A DNA stretch of 64,000 nt from Lama guanicoe (taxonomy: Eukaryota), in the NCBI GenBank assembly GCA_013239625.1, contig MU054212.1, positions 8,703,084 to 8,767,083 of the forward strand. Direction: 5' to 3'. The notes beneath the pieces were generated by a model. It had not been told where the DNA came from. It saw only the letters and a program-made list of their open reading frames with translations, and ran no database searches. The position numbers were made by a program, and so were the translations under genes. This document shows positions 51,385 through 64,000 of this stretch, in pieces; the first letter of the stretch is position 1, and each line of letters begins with the position of its first letter.

Positions 51385-52050
51385 CCCAACATAATTGACA
51401 TACAGCACTGTATCAGTTTAAGATGTACAGCATAATGGTTTGACTTACATATACTGTGAATTGATTACCGCAATAAATTTATTTAACATCCATCATCTTG
51501 TAGAGATGTAAAAAAGATTAAAAAAATGCTTCTCCTTGTGATGAGAACTCTTAGGCTTTACTTTCTTAACACTGTCATATATATCACAGCAGTGCTAATT
51601 ATAGTAATCATGTTGTACATTACATCCCTACTACTTATTTAGCTTGTAACTGTTAGTTTGTACCTTTTGACCACCTTCTTCCAGTTTCCCCTCCTACACT
51701 CCTACCTCTGGCAACCCCAAATCTGATTTCTCTTCTTAGGAGTTCGGGTTAGTGGCCTTTTTTTTTTTTTAATGATTTCACATATAAGTGGAACCATACA
51801 GTGTTTCTTTCTCCGATTTATTTCACTTAGCATTACATTCTCAAGGTCCATGCACATTGTTACACATGGCAGCATTGTTACAAATGGCATTCCCTCACTT
51901 CTTTAAGAATGAGTAACATTCTGCTGTGTGTGTGTATATATATGTATATACACATATATGTATAGATACATACATACACACAACTTCTTTATCCATTCAC
52001 CTGTTGATGGACACTTCAATGGACAATGTTTCCATGTTCTGGCTATTGTA
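51385..52050 (-). mobile_element. Antisense L1 3' end nested in an older L1
   Basis: ataattgacatacagcactgtatcagtttaagatgtacagcataatg...gatgagaactcttagg...ttatttcacttagcat...tccattcacctgttgatggacac. Confidence 0.85.
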
Positions 52051-52818
52051 TCAGTTTTATTTCAATATATTAACAATGAATATATGAACACTACATTAAA
52101 AATACAATAATACCTTTTTAAATTGTTCAAAATAACTGAAATACTTAAGTGTAAATATAACAAAACATGTACAGGACTTGTATGCTGAAAGCTACACAAT
52201 GTTGATACAAAAACATAGAAGCAGCTCTAAATAAATGGAGTGATGTATCATGGTCATGGATTAGAAAATGTAACATAATAAAGGGGTCAATTTTCCCTAA
52301 CCTGAAATGCAGGGTTAATGCAACTCTTACCAAAATCCCAGCAAAATAACTTTTACTGATATAGACCAGGTTATTCTAAAGTCTTTAGAGAAAGGCAAAA
52401 GAACTAGAATAGCTAAAACATTTCCACAAAAGAATATCGGGAGGAGTCAATCTACCTAATTTCAAGACTTACTCTATAACTAACCAAGCAGTCAAGATTA
52501 CCTGTGGCATTGGTGGAGGGAGACACACATGGATCAATGAAATAGAAAAGACAACCCAGAAACAGACTCACACAAATATACTCAAGTCAAATTTCACAAA
52601 GGAGCAAAGCAACTCAATAGAGGAAAGATAGCTTGCCCTTTCAACAAATGGTGCTGGAGCATTTGAACATCAATACACAAAAAGTGAACCTTGACCTAAA
52701 TTTCACACCTTATACTAAAATTAACTCAAAATGGATCATGGACTTAAGTGAAAAACTATAAATATTTTAGAACAGAACAGTAAAAATTCTTTGGAATCCA
52801 AGGCTAAGCAGAGCTCTT

Positions 52819-52884
52819 AAACTTGACACTAAGAGCATAATTCATAAAAGAAAACTTGACACTAAGAGCATAATTCAGAAAAGA
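52819..52884 (+). repeat. 33-bp tandem duplication (2 copies, 1 mismatch)
   Basis: AAACTTGACACTAAGAGCATAATTCA(T/G)AAAAGA at 52819-52851 and 52852-52884. Confidence 0.95.
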
Positions 52885-53467
52885 AAAATCTGATAAACTG
52901 GGGTTTAAGCAGGGGTGTGCTGGGAGTGAGATGGATGTGGCTATAAAAAGGCAACCTGAGGGTTCCTTGAGTGGTAGAAATGTTCTATATTTGACTGATG
53001 TTCTGATGGACAAATGACTATATTAACATCAATACCACAGTTATGATATTGTTTTATAATATCTATAATTGGAGAAATTATTTTTTTAAAAAACAGTTTT
53101 CTATGATGCTACCATTGGGGGAAGCTGGTGAAGGGTAAACAGGATTTCTCTGTATTGCTCCTTACAAATGAACGTGAATCTATAATTATCTAAAAGTAAA
53201 TGGTATTTTCTAGAAATTTCATGTTAAGACCTTTAGTTTTAGGGCTACAGCATCACTGCACAAGCACTCCCAGAAGACAGTGCCTGGAAGAAAACCCAGA
53301 CAATATTCACTCTACGTATCTATTTACAGACCTTAATATCAATCTGAGTGACTTAAATCCAAAAGGATCTGGAAGCTAAAGCTTTAAAAACTAAAATAAT
53401 TACTACATTAAATTAGGTAAGATAATGATGAAATAAAACAAATTAATGTAAAGCATTTAATCTGAGA

Positions 53468-54545
53468 AGAGTTCTCTAACTTTCTGGCGTCAGGACCACT
53501 TCTTACTCTTACAAATTACTGAGAACTCCAAAGAGCTTTTGTTTACGCAGTCATATCCACCAATACTTACCTTATTGAAAATTAAAACGGAGGAATTTTT
53601 GAAATATGTACTAGTTTGTTGAAAACAATGTAAAAAAATTGCATGTTAACATGAATTTGTTTAAAAAATATATTTCAAAAAATGTTTAATGAGAAGTCCT
53701 ATTGTTTTACATTTTTGCAAATCTTCAGCTCAACAGAATACAGCTGGATTCTCATACCTGCTTCCCTATTAAATATACCACAGTATATCGTTTTAGTAAA
53801 AGTAATGAAAAAAAGCAGACCTCATCCAGATATAAACTTGGTAAGAAAAAAGTGTTTTAACAGTCTTTACAGGTAACTGTGGATAATCTTTCAAACTACA
53901 CTAAAACCCAAGTTGTAGTTTTTAAACAGAGTCTAAACTGTAATGTGGAATCTGAAAACATATCAATGAACTTTTAAAACTCTCTTACGTTAAAATATTT
54001 TAGTCTACCATGCTCTTTGAATGGATCTTTTACTTATGTATAATTTTGTAACATCATGCATTAGCCTTTTGAAAAATATTGGTTTGCTAAGTTACACAAA
54101 AATTCCAACTGTTGAAACATTTTATTAGGCAATATTAAAAAAATTACATTTATAACTATCTTTATTGATTTCATCAGAAAGTGTTTAAAAGCACTGGGAA
54201 GTTGTCAGACACATGGTGACACATTTTAAGTTTTCCAAAATTCTAATTTTTGCTTGAAAATTAGAATTTCATAATGGGCAACAAATACTGTTAGTTGCCT
54301 TCCCTAATGAAGTAGGCTCATTACATTCATTTTTGAGAAAATATCTACTAAATATCCCTGATTGAATAACCACAGTTTCTCTTGTCAGTCATTTTTTTCA
54401 AATAAAATGGTGCTTCATAAAAAAAAAAAAAGCAGCTGATTTAGTTCACAACTCAATTATACAGGCATATTTCTCCAGAATGTGCAGTATGTAGTATTTT
54501 ACTGTAAGCCTTATTTTGTCACATAGATTATTAAAAAGATGTGTA
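53468..54545. mobile_element. Charlie1-like hAT DNA transposon relic
   Basis: Begins gttctctaactttctggcgtcaggacc...ttactgagaactccaaagagcttttgtttac...gaaaattaaaac, resembling the Charlie1 end as I recall it. Confidence 0.65.
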
Positions 54546-54564
54546 GTCACATCTAATGTCATGC

Positions 54565-56030
54565 TCAAAAGTTGAAGACTGAGAGCTTTTCCCCTAAGAT
54601 GAGGAAAAAAGAAGGATGTTCACTTTCACTGCTTTAATTCAATATAGTATTGGAACTTTTAGCCACAGCAACTAGGCAAGAAAAAGAAAAAAAAGGGCAT
54701 CCAAATTTAAAAGGAAGAGTTAAAATTATCTGTTCAGCAATTCAGCAAAGTTGCAGGATACAAAACACTCAAAAATGAATTGCATTTCTATAAGTTAACA
54801 AAGAAAAATCCAAAAAAAGAAACTAAGAAAACAATTCTAGTTACAATTATATCAAAAAGAATTAAATACTTAGGAATAAATTTAACCGAAGAGGTATCAG
54901 ACTTGTACACTGAAAACTATAAAAGGAAATAAAAGATACAAATAAATTGAAACACATCCCATTTTCATGGACTGGAAGACTTAATACTATTAAGATAACA
55001 CTACTCAAAGCAACCTACATATTAAATGCAATCCCTATCACACTTTCAATGGCATTTTTGCAGAAATAGAAAAACCCACCCTAAAATTCATATAAATCTC
55101 CAAGTGATCCCAAATAGCCAACACAATCTTGAAAAAGAAAATTAATTGAAAGACTCCTATTTCCTAATTTTAAGAGTTACTAGAAAACTACAGTAATCAA
55201 AATAGTATGGTGGAGGCATAAGAACAGACATACAGACCAACAGAACAGAGAGCCCAGAAAAAAACCCTTGCTAAGAGTCATCACTAGTCATTATGGAAAC
55301 AAATTAAAACCAATGCTACACTGCACTTACTACAGTATCTTTTTTCAAAACAAAAATGAAAAATAGAAAATAACAAGCACTGGTAAAGACGTGCAGAAAT
55401 TGGAATCCTAGTGCACTGCAAGTGGGAAAGTAAAACAGTATAGTTGTTCCTCAAAAAATTAAGCATAGAATTACCGTATGATTTAGCAACTCCACTTCTG
55501 TGCACATATTCAAAAGACTTAAAGAAAGGATTCAGACAGGTATCCTTATAAGTATGTTCATATCAGCATTATTCACAACAGCCAAAAAGTGGAAGCAACT
55601 CTGTATCATCAAAAAATGATTAAATAAAATGTGGTATATACATACAAGAGTATTATTCAGCCTTAAAAAGGAGAGTAATTCTCACATGCTACAACATGGA
55701 TGAACCTTGAGGATATTATGCTAAGTTAAGTAAGCCAGTCACAAAAGAATAAATTGTAAGATTTCACTTCAGTGAGGCAACCAGAGTCGCAGAGTGACAA
55801 GAAGCAGAAGGGTGGTTGCCAGGAGTTGGGGGAAGAACAGGGAATTATTGTTTAATGGGTATGGAGTTTCAGTTTGGGAAAATAAAAAAAGTTTTGGAGG
55901 GAGATAGTGAAGATGTTTGGAGGATAATGTGAATGGACTTAACTGCACTGAATTACACACTTAAGAACTGGTTAAAATGAAAAATATATATTATGTATAT
56001 ATATTTAACCACAACAAAAAGAAAGAAAAA
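54565..56030 (+). mobile_element. L1MB-like ORF2 and 3'UTR, with internal deletions
   Basis: aagactgagagctttttcccctaagat, cagcaaagttgcaggatacaaa and aatgcaatccctatca motifs; ends tttaaccacaacaaaaag. Confidence 0.9.
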
Positions 56031-56429
56031 GCTGTTAAAATTTTAAATTTTATGTTATATATATTTCAGAACAATGTGACAGACTGAAAAAACTGGAAAT
56101 TTTTTCAAGTCTTTATCAACCAGGGAAGTGCTTATGACTGAGTTCATTATTTGCCTTAAGATGTCAGAAGCTCCTAATTCAGGCACTATTCTTAAAAGAA
56201 ACAGCAAAACATTCTACAATACTCTTTCTAGCTCTAAAAGTCTCAGATTCCATACACTTTCCAACATTCATTCAATAACTCATTCAACACATACTGAGAA
56301 TCTACCGTACACTAGATTCTGAGGAAACAAAGGAATAGGCTCAGTTCTTCAGTAATAAGAAACTCAACACAGAATCATTAAGATACTACACGATAAATGC
56401 TGCAATAAGAGCAGTAAGCACGTAGGAGG

Positions 56430-57470
56430 TATTACTACAGAAAATGTCAAGAGTAGAGAGAACTGGCAAATATAAAGGCAAGACCATTGAAATGGAGTCT
56501 GGGGAGCAGAAAGGAAAAGAATGGAGACAAGTGAACAGAGTGACACACCAAGCCAACAAACACGAACATTACAGGAGTCTGAGAAGAGAGAGAAGAGTAT
56601 GTGGAGAAATAATAGCCAAGAACTCCCCAAATTTTAGGAAAAACTGAAATCTACAAATCCAAGAAGCTCAAGAAGCCCAATGAACTCCAAGTAGGAGTAA
56701 CTCAGAGACCTACCAAAGGTGGGAAGTTACAGCTTGGTGGTAGAGTGCATGCTAAGCACAAGACCCTAGGTTCAATCCCTACTACCTCCATTAAAATAAG
56801 TAAACAAATAAACCCAATTACCTCCCAACAACAAATAAATAGAGACCCACAATGAGCCACACTATGTTCAAACTGTCAAAAGACAATTTCTCAAAGCAGC
56901 AATTAGACTCATGTCATGTACAAGGGAGCCTCAATAAGATTAACAATTTCTCATCAAACTATGGAGGCCAGAAGGTTGTGAGATGCCATATTTAAACTAC
57001 ATAATGGTAGGGGGAAGGGGTTGTCAACCAAGAATTTTATATCTGATAAAACCATCCTTCAATACTGAAGAATTAAGGCATTTCAAGCTAAAGAAAACCT
57101 GAAGGAATTTGTTGCTAGTAGACCTCTCCTACAAGAAATACTAAAGGGAGCCCTTCAGACTGAAGTGAAAAGATACTAGATAGTAACTAGAAGCCATATA
57201 AAGAAATAAAGAACATCAGTAAAGTAACTTTCAAAAGTTACTTTATGTTTTAGTTTGTAACTCTTCTTTTTGTTTCCTATATAACTTAGAATACAAATGT
57301 ATAAAGCAGTAAGTCTGATGAAGGACGTGCAACATATAAAGATGTAGTTTGTGAGGATAACATAAAGTGGCGGAGAAAGTTGTATAGGAACAGACTGAAT
57401 ATGCTACTGAAGATAAGTTGTTATCAATTCAAACTAGACTTATTACAAGTTTAGAATATGAACTGGAAGG
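56430..57470 (+). mobile_element. L1M ORF1-region fragment
   Basis: gaaataatagccaagaactccccaaattt, acaaatccaagaagctcaa, aactatggaggccagaagg and caaccaagaattttatatc motifs. Confidence 0.82.
56718..56840 (+). mobile_element. Diverged vic-1-like SINE inserted into L1
   Basis: cagcttggtggtagagtgcatgctaagc...ggttcaatccctactacctccatt...aaacccaattacctcc; approximate TSD AGAGACC(T/C)AC at 56704-56713 and 56841-56850. Confidence 0.8.
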
Positions 57471-57699
57471 GAAAAAAACCAAAACCAAAACCAAAACCAA
57501 AAGAACCTCACCTCCCAAAACAGGATTAGGGACTATGGGTGAATGAACAATTAATTCTTCCTGAAAAAATTAGGGAAAGCTGCAGAGAGAAGTTGCCCAG
57601 AGATCAGAATATCAGAAGGTAGGAGACAGAGTAGAAATAGAAAAAGTGAAGAGACTACAAAAGCATACAGACACATAAAAGTGCAACGTGTTTACATCA

Positions 57700-58165
57700 T
57701 TTTTTTAAATTGAGGAGAAATTCACATAATATTAAATTAACCATATTAAAGTGTATAATCAAAGGGCAATTATATGATTATGCAACCATTACCTATATCT
57801 GGTTCCAAAACATTTCTGTCATCCCTAAAGACAACCTCATACCCACTAAAGTCATTCATTCCCCATTCCTCTTCTTCCCCTACCCTCAGCCTCTGAAAAT
57901 AACTTTGTGGATTTATCTATTTTGGATATTTCTTATAAACAGAATCCTACAATATGTCACCTTTTGTGTCTGGCTTCTTTCATTTCGCTTGTCTTTGAGG
58001 TTCATCCACATTACAACATGAATCAGTATTTCATTTCTTTTTATGGCTGAGTAATATTCTACAGCATGGATGTTCCACATAAATCCATTTATCCACTGAT
58101 GGACATTCAGGTTGTTTCCACATTTTGAATATTGTGAATAACGTTGCTATGAGCACTCTTTGCAA
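57700..58165 (-). mobile_element. L1M 3' end (reverse)
   Basis: aaattcacataatattaaattaacc...ggttccaaaacatttc...ttttatggctgagtaatattc...gttgtttccacatttt. Confidence 0.85.
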
Positions 58166-58689
58166 GAGTTCTACTTAAAGATAAAGACCTGGGCAGTGGG
58201 ATGGGACAGGAGAGGCAAAGGAAATATTGCTAAAAGAGCAATAACACGGCTGGAGGTGAAGCATGTTATGAAGAGTGGGGTCAAGACAATCCTGAAGTTC
58301 TAAGTTTAGGCAACTGGTAGACAGTAATCCCTTTCACTGAAGTAAGAAAGACAGGAAGAGTAACAGGGAAGTGGGACAAGAGTGGGGAAAGACGACAAAG
58401 TGTTGCTTTGTACAAGATGAATTTGAGATGCTCAAGAAATATCATTCAGTGACATCGAGACTGAGGCTTTAAAAAAAAGTATCATTGAGTCATCAGCATA
58501 CTGATAGCAAAAAACAAAAATTACATCTAAAGCATCAAATTATAAGTGCATAAATGAAATTATTTTTAATCATTAAGAGTTCTCTATGTGTTAGTTATAG
58601 CATATCAACTGCATTTTTAAAACTCTAAAACAATATCTGGATTAAATCTACATTAAGATGACTAAATTGTTGTAAATCTGGAAAAGTAC

Positions 58690-58723
58690 TGTATTACTCA
58701 CAGTTCTCCAGAGAAACAGAGTA

Positions 58724-58763
<40 letters not shown>

Positions 58764-59168
58764 TGTAAGAAACTAGTTCATGTGATTATAGAGGCTGTCA
58801 AGTCCCAGGATATGCAGTCAGCAAGCTGGAGACCCAGAAAAGCTGGTGGCGTTAAGTACCTGTCTGAAAGCTAGCAGGCTCACGACACAGCAATAGTCCA
58901 GGTTTCTGTCTGAGTCCAAAGGCAGAAGAGAAGGAAGAGTTCCTTCTTACTCATGGGAGGGTCAACTTTTTTGTTCTCTCCAGGCCTTCAACTGACTGGA
59001 AGACGACAACCCACACTGAGGAGGCCAATCTGCTCTACTCAGTCTACGGATTCACATATTATATCTCAGCCAGAAACAGCTTCACAGACAGACCCAAATA
59101 CTGTTTAACCACATATCTACAACCACCTTGTGGCCCAGTCAACTTGACACACAAAATTAACCATCTCA
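58690..59168 (-). mobile_element. MLT2-like (ERVL) solo LTR
   Basis: Minus strand begins TGAGATGGTTAATTTTGTGTGTCAAGTTGACTGGGCC and ends TCTCTGGAGAACTG...TAATACA; 5-bp flanks AGTAC/AGTGC (TSD with 1 mismatch). Confidence 0.85.
58726..58757 (+). repeat. (GT)16 microsatellite within the MLT2 LTR
   Basis: Perfect dinucleotide run. Confidence 0.95.
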
Positions 59169-60703
59169 AGTGCTGTTAAGTAACTAATTTTCTACTAAGA
59201 AAACTGAATTTTTTGATAGTTCAGCAAAAATATGGTCCTTGACTGACTAAATAAATTTCACTTATTTTAAAGAATAATGTATAAAATAGAATACAGTATG
59301 CATTATGATTTGTGCCAACACTAAAGAGACAAAAAAAGCATATTGAATTAAATAGATAAGATTTCTAAATCATACTCTTGAAGGAGAATGATATTCCTTG
59401 AATTGAAGCAAAATGTCATCACAAAAATCAACCAATGCAAACCATTTTCCAAATTTACAAAAAAAAAAAAAACCAAAACCTTAATTCATACAAATGTTTT
59501 CAACTTTTAAATTCTTTTGCATAACATGACTTAATCCTTTGATGCTTTCTTCTGTTAGCCTGTACTAGATTTAAATGAGATACATTTAGCACAAAGTTAT
59601 AGTTATTGTAAAACTTAAGTGTGCATTTCAAGATGGTCTTTACAGAGCTTTACAAAGCATCATGAACTAGTATCTGAACAAGTCTGAGAACCACTTATCT
59701 AAACAATTATAATAAACACATTTAGAATAAGACTGCATAGTTCTCAGCCTAAGATTTGTCATCATAAAGATGTGAATTCTCTTTAAGCCAATAAAATACC
59801 AAAATATTTTTTTTCTTGCAAAAGACAAGACTCCAGAGTTTATATGGAAAAACGAAACAAGAAGACACAGACAGGTCTAAAAAAAAAAGATGAGTAACTT
59901 GCAGGAGGTAGGGGAGGAAGGACAGTTGAGGGGAGAGATGTCCTACCAGATACGAAAACATAATAAAGAGTGTGACAGTGGTACAGAGTAAACAGATGAA
60001 CGGAGCAGAATGACAGTCTATAACTGTACCAAATACAAATAAAAACTGAGTGTACATTACAGGAGGCATTTCAAATGGACGGGGGTTTTTACTAAAAAAA
60101 TGGTGTGACAAGCCAATGCCTACCACTTCTATCAGCTGAAACCATTAAGAAAATAACTAGAATATTTAGTAACAAATTAATATTTATGAATTGTAAGATA
60201 AAAAAATCGACCCATGTTCATCAACAGAGTAACAGTTATATAAATTTTGGTGCATCCATAAAATGGAATGCAATGCAGTCATTTTTTTAAATGAGGCAAT
60301 ATCATATATACAAATACATCACAAATTGAAAGATACATTAAAAAGAAAAGAGGCAAAAGCACAGAGAAACCTATATAATACCCTACCATTTGTTTAAACA
60401 TGAGAGAAAGAAACTAAAATAAATATATGACTATCTATGTACAGAAAATTCTGGAAGAATAAACTGTTAACACATTGATTCTGGGTAAGGAAAATGGGTG
60501 GGCAGGAAAGAGGAATGGAAAGGAGCCTTACTCCTTTATAACCTTCGTGCCTTTTGAATTCTGTATTATGTGCATGTTATTACATACTAAAATATACTGT
60601 ATTTTTAAAAATACACCTGAGAAGTCCAAGTATTTAACATAAGAATGGTACTTTTCTTCTTAGTTTCTCAGTTATTATAGACAAAATGACTAAGGAAAAG
60701 GTA

Positions 60704-60705
<2 letters not shown>

Positions 60706-60740
<35 letters not shown>
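60706..60740 (+). repeat. A35 homopolymer
   Basis: 35 uninterrupted A residues. Confidence 0.95.
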
Positions 60741-60744
<4 letters not shown>

Positions 60745-61229
60745 AAAACTACAGGTAGCTGGTAACAGCCAAGAGTTAAGCTGAAGAACCAAAAATGACC
60801 AAAAAATCTAGATGACAGCAAGGTGATTGAGTAAGTAATTCATCATTATTATCTTTTTCATACATTTCCACAAACAAAAGATTTAAAAAATTTTAAATCA
60901 CTTAAAGTGCTCTGCAGACATAAAACATTAAGAGTTTAAAATGTTTACTTTATTATCCTACCTCATTCCAAAAAGAAGTTACGAACTGAAATGTTATGTT
61001 TAAAACGTCTAATCCACTGCAAAGAACTTCCTACTTATCCTCTGTCTACAACTCTTGCAGAGATTTGTTGCTGTTGTGTTTGCATGTAGGAAAGAGTTCA
61101 AACATCAGTGTTGTTTTATAAATTCTGGTACATGCATGGTTGATATTTCTACAGCAATGAACGCAACATACAATTTAATTAATGATGTGTATTAACAGTT
61201 TTATAATTAAGCCCACTACTTAGAAACTG

Positions 61230-62170
61230 AGTTTAAAACAATCACCTTCAAAAGGCACTATTAAGAAAGTGAAAAGACAACCTACTGAGTGGAAGAAAAT
61301 ATTTGCAAGTCATGGATCTGATAAGGGATCTGTATCTAAAGTACATGAATGCTTAACTCAATAATAAAAAGACAAATGACCCAATTTTAAAATGGGCAAG
61401 GATCTGAATAGACATTTCTCCAACGATGACATACAAATGGCCAATATGCACACGAAAATATGCTCAACATCATTAGTCATCAGGAAAACGCAAATCAAAA
61501 CCACAAGGAACTTTACATCCAACAGACTGGCTATAATCAAAAACACAGATACTAACAAGTGTTGTTAGAGATGTGGAGAAATTGGATCCCCATACACTGC
61601 TGGTAGCAATGTATAGTGAGGAAGTCACTATGGAAAGTATTGCAGTTCCACAAATGATTGAACATAGAGTTCATATATGACCTAGGAATTCTGCTCCCAG
61701 ATATATATCCAGGAAAAATTAAAACACATCCACACAAAAACTTGTACATAAATGTTCACAGCAATATTGTTCATAATAGCCAAAAAAGTAGAAACAACCC
61801 AAATGTCTATCAACTGATGGATATTCATACAATGAATTATTATTTGGCCATAAAAAAGAATGAAGTACCAATATACACTACAAGGATGAGCCTGGAAGAC
61901 CTTATCCCCAACCAAAGGAAGCCTAGTCACAAAAGACTACATATCCTATGATTCCACTTAAGGACATCGATAGGAGCAAAGTAAGTTAGTGGTTGCCTAG
62001 AGCCAGGGAAGGTGGAGGGAATGGGGGATGTTGGCTAAAAGGCATGGCGTTTCTTTTTGGTTGATGAAAATATTCTAAAATTTACTGTGGTAATGGTTTT
62101 ACAACCATATGATATACTAAAAACCAAATGGGTGAATTCTATGGTATGTTTATTATATCTTGATAGAACT
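61230..62170 (+). mobile_element. L1MB/ME ORF2 end and 3'UTR
   Basis: gaaaagacaacctactgagtggaagaaaatatttgcaa, aaatgggcaaggatctgaatagacatttctcc and atgttcacagcaatattgttcataatagcc motifs. Confidence 0.88.
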
Positions 62171-63029
62171 GATGCAAAACAACAAAATGGTCATGTATGT
62201 CTTTGTTTACACGCCACTGCATTTACCAGGGAAATTAATTGTTCCTTTGGTCTTCATAAAGGCCATGGCGTATATCCCTCCAAATAGAAATTCTTTTTCT
62301 TTAAAGGAGACAAAAATAAGGAAAGTAGAAACAAGAGGGAAAATCTTCATAATTGAATGATTACCATATCTGACATATTTTACCTAGTCATTCTTATATT
62401 TTGAGCAGTAATTTTTTCCCTACCAGTATCACATTTTTGTCTTCTTTAAGCACTTCAAGAAACTAAAGAATGCCTAGCTTAATACAAAATGTTCAACTAA
62501 TTTTCCACAGTTTATTTCTTGATTTATTTCAAGTCTGATTAGTTCCTTTCAAAAATACTTGTTTTGCAGAGATAACGGGAGGATTCATAGTACAATAAAA
62601 TGTCTAAAACAATGCCTAGTGCTCAGTAGATTATTGTTATTATGCTGTAAGGGATGGAGGATCCTAAAGTTGATGAGAAAAACTGCAGAGAAGGGGGAGG
62701 ACGTAAAAGCTATGCCCTCCAAAGGCACAGTCATGTGTCATGGAAAGGAAACCCTTGGCAGATAATCCCACTCCTCGCTGAGAAGCACAGCAGCAGCAAC
62801 AGCACAATCATCACCACCGCTATTACTACCGCTTCTATCATCTCCATCATCACCCAACATTACTCTCCTCCTAAAGCATCTTTTTACATGCCTTTAATTT
62901 TTGTTCTAATTATGAAACGTTTAAACATATGGAAACATCTCCAAAGCCAGTTAATAGGACATCTTATCATTTTCCCCCATTTGTTTCAAAAACTGTTTTA
63001 AATATATGTAATATAAGACAACACAGATT

Positions 63030-63690
63030 CATTTTCATTTCCTCTCTCCCTTATGGTAGCCACTATCTTTGACTATGGTGTTAATCTTTACTGTGCGTGT
63101 TTTAACTGTAGGTACCTGTAAACAATACAGTGTTGTTTTGCATGTTTTCAAACTTTCACCAAATGACATATTGTTTTCTTAGCTCAACATTTTGCTTCTT
63201 TGTTGTTTTTTTAATTCAGTCATGTCGTTTCCCACAGCTCTAGTTTATTCATGAAAACTGTTGGACAGTATTACATTGTATGAATGTCAAAATATATTTG
63301 TCCACACTCTTAACTAATGAGATGCTTAAACTGTTTATCTGATACGGGTATTGACGCTACAACAAACGTAATTCCTTGAGTTTCCAGGATATAGTCATAG
63401 AAGGAGAACTGCTAGGTCAAAGGATACACCTTCAACTTCATTAGAGGTTGCTAAATTCATCTCCCTTTTCACACTACAACCAGCAGTAAGAGAGTTCCTG
63501 CTTCCCCTCTTCCTCACCAAATCTTAGTATTGTAATACTTTCTAATTTTGCAAACCAAAGGATATAAAGCAGTACTTCATTGATCTATTTTTTCCTGATT
63601 AGTAAGATTAAGTATCATTTACTGGTCTTTCAGGTTTCCTCTTACGTGAAATGCCTTTAACAGTTTTGCCAATTTTCTACTAATTTGTGG
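63030..63690 (-). mobile_element. Decayed L1ME-like 3' end (reverse)
   Basis: ctgctaggtcaaagg...caaccagcagtaagagagttcctg...cctcaccaa...ttttcctgattagtaag. Confidence 0.6.
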
Positions 63691-64000
63691 TATTTCTTAA
63701 GAACAGTCGTGGGGGGGGGCGCGGAGAATAGTGTAGTAAGAATCCTTACACTCTTTTCAAAAAACAGTATAAACCTGTTGCTGATTTTCATATCTAATAA
63801 AAGGGATTGTCTTTCAATTCCTGCCTTCTCAAAGTTCACGGCTATTTTCCAGACATTCATACCTGTGTTTCTCAAATCTTTTTGGCCACTCACAGGTGGA
63901 TTCCTCCTCGAGAGCCAATACACATATGCTTACATATTAAGTAAAAAACAGGGCTCTAAATCAATTTCTTCTAAGGGATTAACCACAAGCAAATACACAA

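Larger units (their letters stand above)
50236..53200 (+). mobile_element. Fragmented old L1M element (5' end, ORF2 pieces, L1MC-like 3' end), interrupted by an antisense L1
   Basis: 5'-like ggacttctacttctgggaagat; ORF2 motifs tttcaacaaatggtgctgg and aaattaactcaaaatggatca; 3' motif gctaccattgggggaagctggtgaaggg. Confidence 0.75.

Noticed and set aside
62787..62860. CAG/ACC/ATC-rich low-complexity run in ORF 62654-63001
   Set aside because: Degenerate trinucleotide simple repeat beside a MIR remnant; no evidence of coding.
63707..63726. G9-CGCGG GC-rich spot as a promoter element
   Set aside because: An isolated ~20 bp with no surrounding CpG island.
43570..64000. RPRD1A exon 1, promoter or CpG island
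   Set aside because: No N-terminal CID coding sequence (MSAFSE...-like) or CpG island is visible. The region is repeat-rich intron 1, and exon 1 must lie beyond the window.

Overview
Mammalian genomic DNA, most likely from a camelid: there are five tRNA-derived SINEs resembling the camelid vic-1 family, and I recognised no Alu, Bov-tA or PRE-1. Two genes converge tail to tail. On the + strand are the last two coding exons of C18orf21 (RMP24, an RPP21/Snm1-like RNase MRP subunit; 1428-1627 and 3224-3377). On the - strand are exons 2-7 of RPRD1A (RNA Pol II CTD-interacting-domain protein), from 43569 down to the stop at 12963, with a ~3.4 kb 3'UTR ending near 9590. RPRD1A exon 1 lies beyond the right edge of the window. 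The rest is intronic or intergenic and rich in L1, L2, MIR, hAT-Charlie/MER and MLT2 relics. No prokaryotic-type system is present. The most interesting signals are candidate RPRD1A RNA-processing features: (i) a possible 3'UTR intron whose donor is 48 nt after the stop, joining a repeat-free distal exon at 7049; (ii) a cluster of candidate alternative exons in the first 1.6 kb of intron 6, including a stop-containing NAGNAG microexon; (iii) an 81-nt, stop-free, in-frame intron 3; and (iv) an unexplained 55-bp dispersed duplication. Repeat-family calls and human protein comparisons come from memory, not database searches, and repeat boundaries are approximate unless target-site duplications (TSDs) are given.
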